Shown here: positions 21,953 to 32,732 of the stretch, piece by piece | How positions within the stretch are numbered: position 1 is the first letter of the stretch | Layout of the letters: every line of letters starts with the position of its first letter | Source: Methanobacteriota archaeon | Lineage (GTDB): Archaea; Methanobacteriota; Methanobacteria; Methanobacteriales; Methanobacteriaceae | Assembly (NCBI GenBank): GCA_963787255.1 | Contig: CAWBCJ010000029.1 | Coordinates: 192,001 to 256,000 of the forward strand | Direction: 5' to 3' | DNA length: 64,000 nucleotides | The notes under the pieces: generated by a model | What the model saw: only the letters and a program-made list of their open reading frames with translations | What the model was told of the DNA's origin: nothing | Databases searched by the model: none | Program-made: the position numbers and the translations under genes

Positions 21953-22424
21953 TTATTTATGGGTTTTCCTTTTATCCAGTATCATATCAATTGATTTTTG
22001 CAGTCTTCTTTGTCGAGTTTCTTCACGTTTAGCACCCTCAATCCAGCTGACATATTCTTTCCTATGTGTGTAAGACATTGCATCAAACAATTCTTCTGCT
22101 TCTGGATGTTTTATTTAGCAATTCAGCAAAATCTTCAGGCACTTCAACAATTCTGGGTTTTGTATCCTCCTTTAAAACAACGTGAACAGTATCTCCAGGG
22201 TTTTTATTTATTTTTTTGCGTATTTTTTGTGTAACACCCAATATATGGCAATGATGCCCCATTTTTACAAGTGAACCCCTATATTCAACCCCATCAAACG
22301 TTGCATGTACCTTAACTCTTCCTTTTTTGCCGAATTCTTTTTCCACGTCATAGGGAAACTCTATGAAAGTAGCATCCATCCCTTTACGCTTTATAAGCAC
22401 TGCATCGAATTCATATTCTTTCAT
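21953..22424 (-). pseudogene. DUF1905 + YdeI/OmpD-associated protein, frameshifted near 22105
   Basis: Track ORF 22083..22424 continues in another frame as AEELFDAMSYTHRKEYVSWIEGAKREETRQRRLQK...*. Confidence 0.8.
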
Positions 22425-22440
22425 AACACTTTCTCCTTAG

Positions 22441-22955
22441 TTATTCACTTTTTTCAATTTGATCCCAAGGCTTTAGACGAGGTATCCATCTTGGAACATT
22501 TTTCTTGTACTCAACATAATCATTCCCAAACCTCTTTATTAGTCCAGGTTCTTCCGAATAAACAAAATAAATGTGATTTACAATAAAGAATAGCATAAAC
22601 AACAGGAACAACTCAATTGAAGAAAAAATCAATGATTCACCTAAAACTATCATTAAAACACTGCTTATCATTGGATTTCGGACATATCGATACGCTCCCT
22701 CGACAACCAGCTTCTTTGGAGGATCCCACGGAGCTAATGTGCCTCTACCTATTTTTAAAAACGATTTATTGGTATAAATTAGGAATATTAATCCCAAAAA
22801 TATCAATAACATCCCCAAAATTAGCATGATGACTGATAAAATTGAATTAAAAGCCAGTAAGTGGTTATTAAAACTAAAAAAAACAATAGAGGTATTATAA
22901 CTGTAATTGTGACCGGTAATATCAGTGAAAATAAAGCCCTTACAAATAACCTCAT
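22441..22955 (-). pseudogene. ICMT/PEMT-type membrane methyltransferase, N-terminus frameshifted
   Basis: GRGTLAPWDPP..LV..G.YRYVRNPM, EEP.L..RFG..Y..Y...VPRW; hydrophobic 5' part from ATG 22955 is out of frame near an A-run at ~22880. Confidence 0.8.
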
Positions 22956-23006
22956 GAAATCATCCTCTACTCAATACTTAATTATTATTTAGCACTATTA
23001 ATCTTT

Positions 23007-23326
23007 TTATAAATCAATTCTTTCAATCTTGAAACCCACGGGCCTAATTGCGTCAGTACAACACGCTATCATGGTTTTATCGTCTTTCATCCACCTTTCA
23101 AAGATATCCTTTGAAAAATTACCTCCAGACAGCAGGCTTGCAACAAATCTGTAAATATCGTTCCGAGCCCAATCACAGAAACCCTCCGGTTTTTCAAATC
23201 CCGCAATAAATTCCAGTTCCTTCTTTAAAAACCGGGCAATTTCGTTACTTCATTCTGGCAATACTTCACTGGCCAATTCTTTATTGAGATCTGTCTTTAA
23301 AACTGTTATTTTACATTTTGGGGCAT
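23007..23326 (-). pseudogene. TIGR04076-like small Cys protein, several frameshifts
   Basis: Not in track. Fragments KCKITVLK, CPVFKEG, KPEGFCDWA.NDIY, IACCTDAIRPVGFKIERIDL*. Confidence 0.75.
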
Positions 23327-23361
23327 AAAAAGACCTCATGTGAATATATTTTTGAAAAACT

Positions 23362-23653
23362 TTAAGGAGATTCATAATCCACAGCAACAGTTGATTCTCC
23401 AACAGAAACCATATATTCTGCTACTTCAACGTGTAATGGACTAATTTGATATGCTTCAAGGTCTTTAACACTATCAAACCTTGTTAAAAGCGCCATATCA
23501 TATGACCTATCCGAATTAGTGATGTCAATGCCCACTTCAATGTGTTTTAATTCCCGGATTTTGTTATTCATGCCCATTAGAGATATTTTTAGCTTTTTCA
23601 AGACTTTCTATGCTTTTATCATTTAATTTAAATAGTACTATGTGTGTAATCAT
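23362..23653 (-). pseudogene. Dabb (stress-responsive alpha/beta barrel) protein, frameshifted
   Basis: MITHIVLFKL from ATG 23653, then other frame ...IEVGID...YDMALLTRFDS..L.AYQ..P.H...AVDYE. Confidence 0.8.
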
Positions 23654-23732
23654 TCCAATTCTCCATCATAGATTTAATAAGCTCAAATAAATGTGAAAAA
23701 TGTTAAAATTCAATTATTATCTGCACATAACA

Positions 23733-24143
23733 TTAGATTCTAAAGGTAATTAATTTTTTAATTAATAACTCGAGTATTTCAAAATCTTCATCATTTTTAA
23801 CATTAAATCGGAGCGCGTAACCTTCCCTATACTTTTTAGCTGATTTAATTACGTTATGAATTATTTCCAATTCATTATCTTCTAAAAACGCCTTTCTTTC
23901 ATTTTCACGTACTGCCATACTGATTTTAAATTCATTTTTAAGAGGGATTAGATAAAATAACGCTTTTTTCTTATCATACACCTTTAACATCCATCCACTG
24001 CTTTTTGAAAAATTCCAATCTTTTAAAAATGAATCTGCAATTCCCATTAATTCATTATAATGAACATATGAATCTTCCAATGTCTGTTTTAGCTTTTCTT
24101 CTGTAGGTTTAGCTGCTTTATCTAAAAATGGTCTTTTTTCCAT
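23733..24143 (-). CDS. DUF3788-like protein
   Basis: P.EE.L...L, W.FSK.SGW.LK, YREGY.LRF pattern. Confidence 0.7.
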   Translation of the reverse strand: MEKRPFLDKAAKPTEEKLKQTLEDSYVHYNELMGIADSFLKDWNFSKSSGWMLKVYDKKKALFYLIPLKNEFKISMAVRENERKAFLEDNELEIIHNVIKSAKKYREGYALRFNVKNDEDFEILELLIKKLITFRI

Positions 24144-24175
24144 ATTTTCACATCTTTATTAATGTTTTAATGACT

Positions 24176-24566
24176 TTATTTTAAGATAAGTAACGAACAT
24201 AGGGCTTTTATCTTCTCCAATTTCAAAACCGCATTTTTTATAAAATTCAACCTCGCTGCAATAACAACTTTCCTCGCAAAATCTTCGTATTTTGAAGCAT
24301 TAATTTAATCAATTCTCTTCCAATTCCCATCCCTTGATATTCCGGCTGGACTAATAAATAATGGAAAACTGTCATAACGCCATCTGATAAAGAATTGATT
24401 AGTCCAACTAATTTTTCATTGTCTCCGGCCGAATAAACTGTATGATAATTCTTTATTGCCTTTTTAATTTGTTTGGATAATTCCCAGAATCCCATTCAAC
24501 TGAAAGAAACAAATCTTGAAGTTCTTTTTCTTGAAAATCTTTAATTTTCTGGTATTTAATTTCCAT
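24176..24566 (-). pseudogene. GNAT acetyltransferase, multiple frameshifts (3' end approximate)
   Basis: MEIKYQK...LQDLFLSVEWDSG then VYSA...LVG...YLLVQPEYQGMGIGRELI, FYKKCGFE. Confidence 0.75.
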
Positions 24567-24662
24567 GATAACAAATCCTCGAATAATGAGTATAATGACA
24601 CTTATATCACATTTTATTAATAAATTAAATGAATAATATAACTAATTATGTAAGGGGAAACT

Positions 24663-25513
24663 ATGAATATTAAAAAAAGTTCATTAGAGGTTAATGGAAT
24701 TAATATAACACTTTATGAGGCATTTTCCGTAGAATCAAAAACTCCTCTGTTTTTACTGCATGGTGGAGGTCTTGACTCGGCCATGCTTTCCTATGGAAGT
24801 ATTATGGCTGCTTTAGGCGGGAAATTCCATGTAATTGCTCCAGATTTACCAGGATATGGTGATAGTGATAAACCAGATGCCCCATATACCCTAGAATGGT
24901 ATCAAGAATTTCTGGATGATTTAATAAAAATTTTAGGTTATAAACAGATTAATTTAGGCGGTTTATCCCTGGGTGGTGGCATATCACTGGGTTATTCCCT
25001 TAATCACCCGAATAAAGTTAGAAAACTGGTTTTGATTGCCCCCTATGGCCTGACTGATAAAATTCCCTATCCTCAAATAACATCTATGGTTACTGAAACA
25101 TCAACGTATCTATGACATTATCAACAATTTGGTTCTCTCCAACAAGATGCTTGTAAAAGCCAGCCTGAAAAGAATTCTGGTCAATCCGGATTCATTGACT
25201 GATGATGTAATCCACCAGTTGATGGAAATAGGGAGTAATCCAGATAGTGGCCGGGCCTGGAGATCTTTCCAGCTCAGTGAAATTGAAAATAAAAAACTAA
25301 GGACCTGCTATCCTTGATCAGCTTCCTAATCTTAAAATGCCTGTGCTCCTTTTAACCGGGAAAAACGATTCTCTAGTGCCAAGCAAAGATGTTGAAAGAG
25401 CCCATGCACTTATTCCCCAGTCTAAATTGGTTGAATTGGATGATTGTGGTCATTGGCTTCCTAGAGACAGAAGTAGTGAATTTATTCAGGCTTTAGATAA
25501 TTTTCTTAAATAA
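24663..25513 (+). pseudogene. Alpha/beta hydrolase split into three frames
   Basis: LLHGGG, PDLPGYG, GLSLGG nucleophile; later GKNDSLVP and CGHWLP in other frames. Confidence 0.82.
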
Positions 25514-25563
25514 ATTTTTTGCATATAATTCCGCCTATTAATATCCTGACGAAAAAGAATGAA

Positions 25564-25968
25564 TTACATATTTTTTGCCCTCGCTTCATTCTCTTTCAGC
25601 CTTGTTTTGACGATTTTTTTAACCAGCGCCTCAGGAAGCTGATTTTCGGCCGAAAACTGGATTGTTGTCCCTGAAGTATTATAATCTTCAAGTTCGCTTT
25701 TGAATGTTTCCAAAATTGATTTATCTACCACAATGAAACTGGAATGATTTTTGAATGCTGCAAAGTGAACCAACGACCCATGATATTTATAAGTCGGAAT
25801 CCTGTAACTAATAACCTCTTCCGCCATCGGCGCTGCATCCCTAATTGCCTTACGAAGTTTCTCGAGAACCTCTTGAGCCTCTTTGGGGGCTTTAGCAATG
25901 TATTCATCTACGTCTTTTGCCGGAGCTTCCTTCTTCACTGTTTCTTTCGAAACTGCTTTCTTTTTCAT
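25564..25968 (-). CDS. DUF1801 (YdhG-like) protein
   Basis: VDEYIA..P...LEKLR..I...AP.AEEVISY.IP.Y. Confidence 0.88.
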   Translation of the reverse strand: MKKKAVSKETVKKEAPAKDVDEYIAKAPKEAQEVLEKLRKAIRDAAPMAEEVISYRIPTYKYHGSLVHFAAFKNHSSFIVVDKSILETFKSELEDYNTSGTTIQFSAENQLPEALVKKIVKTRLKENEARAKNM

Positions 25969-25998
25969 AATATTCCCCCATACCTCTACTAATTTATT

Positions 25999-26364
25999 TT
26001 AGACCCAATTCCATGCATACCAGACAGTTATTACATTAAACACAAGTCCTACAATTATCAAAAATTTGTCATAAGCGGAAGGGTAGGTAGGTAATCCTAT
26101 TAGATTAAAAACAAAAAAGAATGTGGCTACGATGATGTTTGCCCAGCGATTCAAGGGATAAGGCAAAATCAGGGACATTATGACCATAATAATTGGAATC
26201 ACCATTATTATTGCAATTCCCAGCCACTGTATTTGAGTAAGTTGCTTACCTCCTATTTCTCCAGCTTTGAAGTCGCCAGTAAATATCCGCAGCACATCTC
26301 CCAAAAGATAAGTCAACATTAAAGCTATCCACAACGCTGAAAGTATTATCTGCACATCTTCCAT
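25999..26364 (-). CDS. DUF6326-like membrane protein
   Basis: LSALWIALML.YL.GDVL, NRWANII, VWYAW.W. Confidence 0.75.
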   Translation of the reverse strand: MEDVQIILSALWIALMLTYLLGDVLRIFTGDFKAGEIGGKQLTQIQWLGIAIIMVIPIIMVIMSLILPYPLNRWANIIVATFFFVFNLIGLPTYPSAYDKFLIIVGLVFNVITVWYAWNWV

Positions 26365-26379
26365 GATTTAATCACCTTT

Positions 26380-27360
26380 TCACAATTTATGATCTACATT
26401 TATGATCACATTTCCCTTTTTATGTCCTCTCTCCACATACCTATGAGCTTCTGCAGTTTTTTCTAATGGATAACATCTATCAATCACTGATTTTAATTTT
26501 TCCGCCTCAATTAGTTCTTTTAGGAATATTAAATCTTCATTTTTTCCGCTTGCCGCTCCAGTTATTACCTTCTTGCTACTTCTCATTGAAGTCAATCGTC
26601 CCCGAATTATCTCTGAAAGCCCAGGGTTAGCTAAAAGATAACTTCCATTTTCCTTTAGCGAGTTTAAACTATGTGAAAACGGGCTTTTTCCAACTACATC
26701 AAAAATAACATCGTAAGTTTCACCACTTTGGGTAAAATCCTCTTCAGTGTAATCAATGGCATTATCTGCACCAATCGAACGTACCATGTCCAGATTTCTC
26801 GTGCTGCACACACCAGTGACTTCAGCTCCAAAGTACTTAGCAAGTTGAACCGCAACTGTACCAATACTACCAGATGCACCATTAATCAGAACTTTTTGTC
26901 CGCTCTGGATATTAGCTTGTCTTAGAAAATGTAATGCTTCGATTCCTCCCATAGGAATAGTAGCGGCTTCTTCATAGGTCATATTGACAGGTTTTATGGC
27001 AATCACTCCATCTTCAGGCAGGCATATATACTCAGCATAGGCACCTAAATTAAAGCCTGTACGTGCAAAAACCTGATTTCCTTTCCTGAAAAATTTTACA
27101 TCTTTGCCTACTGATTCAATTTCTCCTGCTAATTCTTGTCCTAATATTTTTTTTCTGGGTCCTCGAAAACCAAATCCTATTCGCGCAGGAAGCCATAACC
27201 AGGCTGGCATTTTGAATTTTCGAATTTCAACATCCCCTGTTGTTACTGTTGCAGCATATATTCTTATCAGTACTTCATTGTCTTTAGGAATAGGTTTTTC
27301 TACCTCTGCCAGCTGAAGAACATCAGGCGGTCCGTATTTTGTACATATAACCGCTTTCAT
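26380..27360 (-). CDS. Zn-independent MDR-family NAD(P)H oxidoreductase
   Basis: [29 protein letters not shown]; no catalytic Zn Cys. Confidence 0.9.
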   Translation of the reverse strand: MKAVICTKYGPPDVLQLAEVEKPIPKDNEVLIRIYAATVTTGDVEIRKFKMPAWLWLPARIGFGFRGPRKKILGQELAGEIESVGKDVKFFRKGNQVFARTGFNLGAYAEYICLPEDGVIAIKPVNMTYEEAATIPMGGIEALHFLRQANIQSGQKVLINGASGSIGTVAVQLAKYFGAEVTGVCSTRNLDMVRSIGADNAIDYTEEDFTQSGETYDVIFDVVGKSPFSHSLNSLKENGSYLLANPGLSEIIRGRLTSMRSSKKVITGAASGKNEDLIFLKELIEAEKLKSVIDRCYPLEKTAEAHRYVERGHKKGNVIINVDHKL

Positions 27361-27432
27361 AATTTATCGTCCTAATTCATTAGAATTTGTTATTATATTT
27401 CAAGCTTTACTCATTTGCTTTTTTCTATATAG

Positions 27433-27945
27433 CTATGAGCCATGTGTGTCTTGTTTCAGCTTCTGAGCAAACTCTTCTGCATTTTTGAGGTCTTGAGCAT
27501 TAGGCCTGCCCTTATTCATTCCCCCAAAAAGCTTAAGGAAACTATTTGTGTTAAAACCTTTACATTGGAATTCATCAACAATTATGTAGCCTTTCGATTG
27601 CAGTTTTTCCCTAAGTCTCGAGTGATCTTTGGCAGCTTTGGATTTTCCAGTTATTCCACTGGTTGAAAAAATGAATGCATTCTTTTTCGTGACATGTGAG
27701 AGTTCATCGGCAAGTTCAAGTAGAGATTCGTGATTTTTTGCACTATATATCCCTGAGCCAAATCCTACAAGATCATAATCTTGAAGTTCTTCAGGATTTA
27801 TTTCTTGTGGCGTTTTTATTTCTGCATTAAGAACTTTTGCAAACACTTTAGCTATTTTTTCAGTATTATTGTGGTGATACGAAAACAAAACTATGAGAGA
27901 TTTGATTTGTAAGGGATTATTGAGTTCATTTCCTTTATTTTCCAT
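27433..27945 (-). CDS. Flavodoxin family protein
   Basis: SYHHNNTEKIA, GFGSGIY, EFQCKG, NKGRP. Confidence 0.9.
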   Translation of the reverse strand: MENKGNELNNPLQIKSLIVLFSYHHNNTEKIAKVFAKVLNAEIKTPQEINPEELQDYDLVGFGSGIYSAKNHESLLELADELSHVTKKNAFIFSTSGITGKSKAAKDHSRLREKLQSKGYIIVDEFQCKGFNTNSFLKLFGGMNKGRPNAQDLKNAEEFAQKLKQDTHGS

Positions 27946-28060
27946 TTTTTCACCTTATTTTTATTATTATGTTATAAATTACGACTAATTTCCTTGGTAT
28001 GGCCTTTAAGATAATAAATAGTTTCAACAGCCTTAGAACGTCACATCCCTAAATCAACAC

Positions 28061-28801
28061 CTACTTCTGTAACAGAAAAAATTTACCAAAGTTGATTATT
28101 CCCTCATCAAGAAGACTGAACCCAGCCTGCTCGAAAAGAGACCGCCATTCTTTACTGGAGGTGAGTATTAAAGAGAAAACACTCATAACCGCGAATGTTT
28201 GTAGGCTGAGTGTGGGGACAATAATCAATATTTTTCCTCCGGGTTTAAGCACACGAAACAGCTCCTTCAAACCGATAAGTTTTGCTTTGCCTAAATTATT
28301 CACCAAGAGGACGCTAATAGCCGCGCCAAAGGTGTTATCCTCAAATTCAAGATCTGTCACATCCCCTTGTACGATCCGAACCTTATTGCTTATTCCTGCA
28401 ATTTCCAGGTTCTTTTCAAGCAATTCCTTGCTGCTTATACTTTCGGATTTAGGATCAAATAGGTCAAGGGCGACAATCTGTCCATTCTTCGAAACCTTGC
28501 TTAGTTCAACGGTGACTCTGCCCGAACCACACCCTGCATCAAGAATAAAATCCTCATCTGAGGAGAATAAATCAACAAATGGAAGTGTCATATTATCAGT
28601 TTTTGAAAAATTTCGGGCCACATAAGTTCCCATAACGAAATTTGTCGAAAGCAAAAGAAGGGGCAATGACAATACTTGAATATAAGGCGATTCAAAATAA
28701 AAAAATATTGTTAAACTTGCACATAAACAAATCGCTCCTATAATCCATGGAAAATTCTCAAATAAAGAAGATCCGCCGAAATTTAATTCTTCTTCCTTCA
28801 T
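28061..28801 (-). CDS. Membrane-anchored class I SAM-dependent methyltransferase
   Basis: Two N-terminal TMs; ILDAGCGSG, VLKPGG. Confidence 0.88.
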   Translation of the reverse strand: MKEEELNFGGSSLFENFPWIIGAICLCASLTIFFYFESPYIQVLSLPLLLLSTNFVMGTYVARNFSKTDNMTLPFVDLFSSDEDFILDAGCGSGRVTVELSKVSKNGQIVALDLFDPKSESISSKELLEKNLEIAGISNKVRIVQGDVTDLEFEDNTFGAAISVLLVNNLGKAKLIGLKELFRVLKPGGKILIIVPTLSLQTFAVMSVFSLILTSSKEWRSLFEQAGFSLLDEGIINFGKFFLLQK

Positions 28802-28935
28802 TTTATTCTCTCCTTCTTGTCTTTAATTATATTTTTCGCTCTTTCAAGCTAAATAGCTTTTGGAAGTCCATATTTTGTACATACAGCTGCTTTCATGATT
28901 TCACTCTATTCAATGTGCCTTTTTTTTCTAGTTAA

Positions 28936-29640
28936 TTATTTTGCAAATCCGGAGCAATTGCAGATTGTATTAAATCCTTTAACTATAAGCCATACCGCAA
29001 ATACCATTTCCTGCACAGCTATTGGAATAGCTAATACGGCATATGGAGAGGTTAATCCAATTCCAAGACCAAAAATACCAAGCAATCCATATAATACTAT
29101 TAATGCAGCTCCAATGAATCCCCAAAGAGATAACCATCTAGGAATTAGTTTGGATTGATACAATACATAATTGAGAGTCATACCTCCCAAACCAGCGAAG
29201 ATCAAAGTCCCAATCAACACTGCCCAATCTTGTAACGCCAGTAGCAATGTGCCTAAAACTTGGTAATATGAGACATCAATGGCCCCTGCCACATATTTCT
29301 GGCTTACCGTTAATATTATAAGAAGACCCATAGTGCCAACAACATAGAAAACGTTCTCAAATGTTCTTAAAACAACATACCCCATAGCTAAACTTTCAAT
29401 ATGCCTTCTAAGGATTGGGAACAACATAAATGAAGTGGCAACAGCAGAAATAGCAGCTATTAAGAAAAATATCACTGCTATTAACATTTGGTTTCCATGT
29501 GCAGAAACGCTAGTAAGATAATTGGGAGCGTCTAAAATTGAACCTAAAGAAACCGAGCCTACTATAGACGCAACCGTCGCAAATATAAATAATACTCCCA
29601 CAATTATTCCTGTCCTTCTATATTCATCCATTTTAATCAC
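28936..29640 (-). CDS. DUF4386 family membrane protein
   Basis: IVGVLFI.ATV, SKLIPRWLSLWG, EMVFAVWLIVKGF. Confidence 0.85.
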   Translation of the reverse strand: MIKMDEYRRTGIIVGVLFIFATVASIVGSVSLGSILDAPNYLTSVSAHGNQMLIAVIFFLIAAISAVATSFMLFPILRRHIESLAMGYVVLRTFENVFYVVGTMGLLIILTVSQKYVAGAIDVSYYQVLGTLLLALQDWAVLIGTLIFAGLGGMTLNYVLYQSKLIPRWLSLWGFIGAALIVLYGLLGIFGLGIGLTSPYAVLAIPIAVQEMVFAVWLIVKGFNTICNCSGFAK

Positions 29641-29651
29641 CTTATTTTTAA

Positions 29652-30567
29652 TTATGATTCCACAGTTATGACCACATTTCCTTTTTTATGCCCTTTTTCG
29701 ACATATCTATGAGCATCAACAATTTTTTCTAAAGGATACGTTCTATCAATGACCGTTTTTATCTTCCCAGCCTCAATTAGTTCTTTGAGGAAGATTAGAT
29801 CTTCAGTCTTTTCCTTATCTGAAGATCCCAGCACAGAAAGAAAGATTCCTTTCTCATTCAATGCTCTCTTACTTCTTGAAGACGAACTCTTGGCTACTGC
29901 GTCAAAAATAACATCGTAGGTTTCACCACTTTGGGTAAAATCCTCTTCAGTGTAATCTATTACATTATCTGCTCCCAGAGCTTTTACCCACTCTAAATTA
30001 GCAGTACTGCATACTCCTGTGACTTCTGCACCAAAGTACTTGGCAAGCTGAACCGCAAAAGAACCTACACTACCAGAAGCTCCATAAATCAAAACTTTTT
30101 GTCCACTCTGAACTTTTCCTTTCCTAAGAAAGCGTACTGCTGTAGCCCCTCCAACAGGAACGGCTGCAGCCTCCTCAAAGGTCATATTGGCTGGGTTTAA
30201 TTGCCAGCATTCCGTCATCGGGCAGGCATTTGTATTCGGCATAACCACCAAAATTTGCTCCACAAGTAGATGCAAAAACCTGATCACCTTTCTTAAACCT
30301 TTTTACATCTTTACCTACTGATTCAACTTCTCCGGATAACTCCATCCCTAATATAGGTCTCTTTGGTTTTCTAATGCCCAAATATATTCGTGCAAAGAGC
30401 CATTGAGAGCGGGGGACGGTGAAACTTCGCATTCTCACATCCCCTGCAGTTACTGTTGTAGCATGGACTTTTACCAGTATTTCATTGTCTTTTGGAGTAG
30501 GTTTTTCTACGTTAACCACCTGAAGAACTTCAGGTGGTCCGTATTTTGTGTAGATAGTCGCTTTCAT
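29652..30567 (-). pseudogene. Second Zn-independent MDR oxidoreductase, +1 frameshift near 30195
   Basis: Track ORFs 30175..30567 and 29652..30287 join to a full paralog of 26380..27360. Confidence 0.88.
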
Positions 30568-30592
30568 TGTTCTATCCTTTCTATTAAAAGAC

Positions 30593-31507
30593 TCATTCTA
30601 GATTTAATTTAATTGTGCCAATTTTTGGTGCCAGGTAGTTGTATGATAGCGCAATTATTGCTGTTTCAATGAAATACATTATGAAATTGGTTATAAATTC
30701 TCCATAATTCCCTGAGAAAATACCCAATAATCCTAATAATGCATAAACAAGGGCCACCGCCAGAGCTGTTGGTATTACAGGTATGTGTTTAAGTTCATAT
30801 AGGCTTCCAGTTATATTCGCGAATTCCAATTTAATTTTAGCTACTCTGGTAACTATGTAGTTATAGAATACTGCAAATAATGCGTTCCATATAAATCCAA
30901 ACACGAAAACCAGTATAGGTAACCCTATTATTAACAACAATGCTACAATTATTCCTGCTGATCCGAATACTGAGCTATCTACAGTTGTTCCAGTAGCGTT
31001 GGTTAAATTAGCTGTTATATTATTTGCTATAGGGGAGCTACTGATTAGTGAAAATATTGGCGTAATAAACGCTGCCATTAATAATCCTATGATAAATGCC
31101 CATATCGCCCCGATTGCTGATAGAATCAGGGAAAAGGAAATTACTGGAATTTTTAATACATCTTTACCATCTAATTCTAATTTTATTCCACCCAATTTAG
31201 GCACTAACACGTTATAAAACATTGCAGATAAAAGACTCACTGACAATGTGATTAAAAACGCACCTACTGGAAGGAGTACAAGTAATGGTATTCCCACTCC
31301 AGTTACAATATTAAACTGTCCCAATTGAGGAATTAATCCTGCTGCTTGCACAATTATCAGGATTATTAGCATCGCTAAAGCTGCAACAAATCCCAAAATT
31401 GCATATATTGAAGCTGACATCTTGGTAAACGATGTCAGTTTAACTGATTTAATTTCTTTAATATCAACCATTTTTTTACCTCCAAATTCTATGAATTTAA
31501 AATCCAA
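30593..31507 (-). CDS. Membrane protein with three tandem DUF3566-like repeats (likely start MVDIKE)
   Basis: Units end [46 protein letters not shown]. Confidence 0.75.
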   Translation of the reverse strand: MDFKFIEFGGKKMVDIKEIKSVKLTSFTKMSASIYAILGFVAALAMLIILIIVQAAGLIPQLGQFNIVTGVGIPLLVLLPVGAFLITLSVSLLSAMFYNVLVPKLGGIKLELDGKDVLKIPVISFSLILSAIGAIWAFIIGLLMAAFITPIFSLISSSPIANNITANLTNATGTTVDSSVFGSAGIIVALLLIIGLPILVFVFGFIWNALFAVFYNYIVTRVAKIKLEFANITGSLYELKHIPVIPTALAVALVYALLGLLGIFSGNYGEFITNFIMYFIETAIIALSYNYLAPKIGTIKLNLE

Positions 31508-31751
31508 ATGATGTTTTTTATTAATTTAGTCAATCGATTATTATTTTTTTTAATCCTTTATTGACTAGTTAAATCTTGTTTAAACACTTAAAAGTAGTTT
31601 TTCCAAATTTTCCTCACATTATTGTGGGATTTCCCTCCAAATTCACTCCAAAATTATGAGATGAATTATATAATTTAAAAATAAAACGAATTTAAACCCT
31701 TCAATTAAAATAATTCAAATTTTAAAAAAGATACTATTAAAAAAAATTGAA

Positions 31752-32084
31752 TTATTCCCTTGTTATCATTAAAAGTAATGCTAGTGCTGTAAATTCAAGT
31801 CCTAAAAATATTAAAAGAAAAACAGCATTGAAGAGGGATTCAGGAACGTTGAATAAGAAATAAACTGAAAATAAAACGTTTTGTATCAGGAAAAGTGATG
31901 TAAACAAAACAAGAGTGGTGGTGAACTTGGACTTAACTTTAAGGTATCTTTCCATGTATACATAGAGCATACCTGCTAAAAGACAGATATTTGCAATGCT
32001 TGTTATTAAAGCAGAATATTTAACCAGTATTATCAAAGTAGGTAATATATCAGGCAGTCCAAATAAATTAAGTTCCATTAACAT
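31752..32084 (-). CDS. Small three-TM membrane protein partnered with the upstream HTH regulator
   Basis: N...L..MLYVY...Y.KVKSKFT..L..F..LFL.QN. Confidence 0.7.
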   Translation of the reverse strand: MLMELNLFGLPDILPTLIILVKYSALITSIANICLLAGMLYVYMERYLKVKSKFTTTLVLFTSLFLIQNVLFSVYFLFNVPESLFNAVFLLIFLGLEFTALALLLMITRE

Positions 32085-32114
32085 GTTTTTTTACCTTCTA
32101 TTATTTCGTTTTCC

Positions 32115-32390
32115 TTAAATTCTTCCCAGATTTCCAGGAATGTATCGTAAACCACTTTCCATCTCATCAGAGAGGAAATATAATGCACCGTATTTTTCTC
32201 CAGTGGATTTGACTATATTGTTCTCATCCAAAACATCTATATGGTGTCTGATTGTCTTATAATCAAGAGATAGCTTTTCAGCAAGTTTGTTAGCATTATA
32301 TGGTCTATTATTGAGTTCAAGTATTATTCTGGCACGATTTTCTCCGCCTTTACTGCCGGCTATTAACCACCACAAAAACACTTTTTTCAT
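32115..32390 (-). CDS. Archaeal ArsR-like winged-helix regulator; C-terminus frameshifted
   Basis: [34 protein letters not shown]; removing 1 nt near 32150 restores [11 protein letters not shown]. Confidence 0.85.
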   Translation of the reverse strand: MKKVFLWWLIAGSKGGENRARIILELNNRPYNANKLAEKLSLDYKTIRHHIDVLDENNIVKSTGEKYGALYFLSDEMESGLRYIPGNLGRI

Positions 32391-32732
32391 AAGAACTCCT
32401 GTTAATTCATGACTCCAATTATTTTATAAGCTATGTTAATATTTTTTTTCAAATTAACTCACTTATAAATTTATTCATGCCTAAATCTTCTCTTTAACAA
32501 AGTGAACCAATTATATGATATATTTCAAAGATTATTTCATCAAATATGACCATTCCAAGCTTTTGAAGGAAAAAACTTACATTTTAATATATAATTTTAC
32601 TTAAAAACATTACTACTTATTGTTAATTCAAAACATTCTTTACGGATTTTGTATAAAAATCCCTCTAACTTTAATTTGATTTTTGTATCCCCATAGTTTG
32701 TAATCAATATTGAAATTACCCTTATTATTTAA

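Noticed and set aside
23720-25545. Complete attC or dif/Xer sites
   Set aside because: Only isolated half-site-like words (GCACATAAC, GCATATAA); no partner arm or attC hairpin, and such words are common in AT-rich DNA
30175-30287. Programmed frameshifting in split genes (also at 41685)
   Set aside because: No shared slippery site or structure; an intact paralog exists; indel error or decay is simpler
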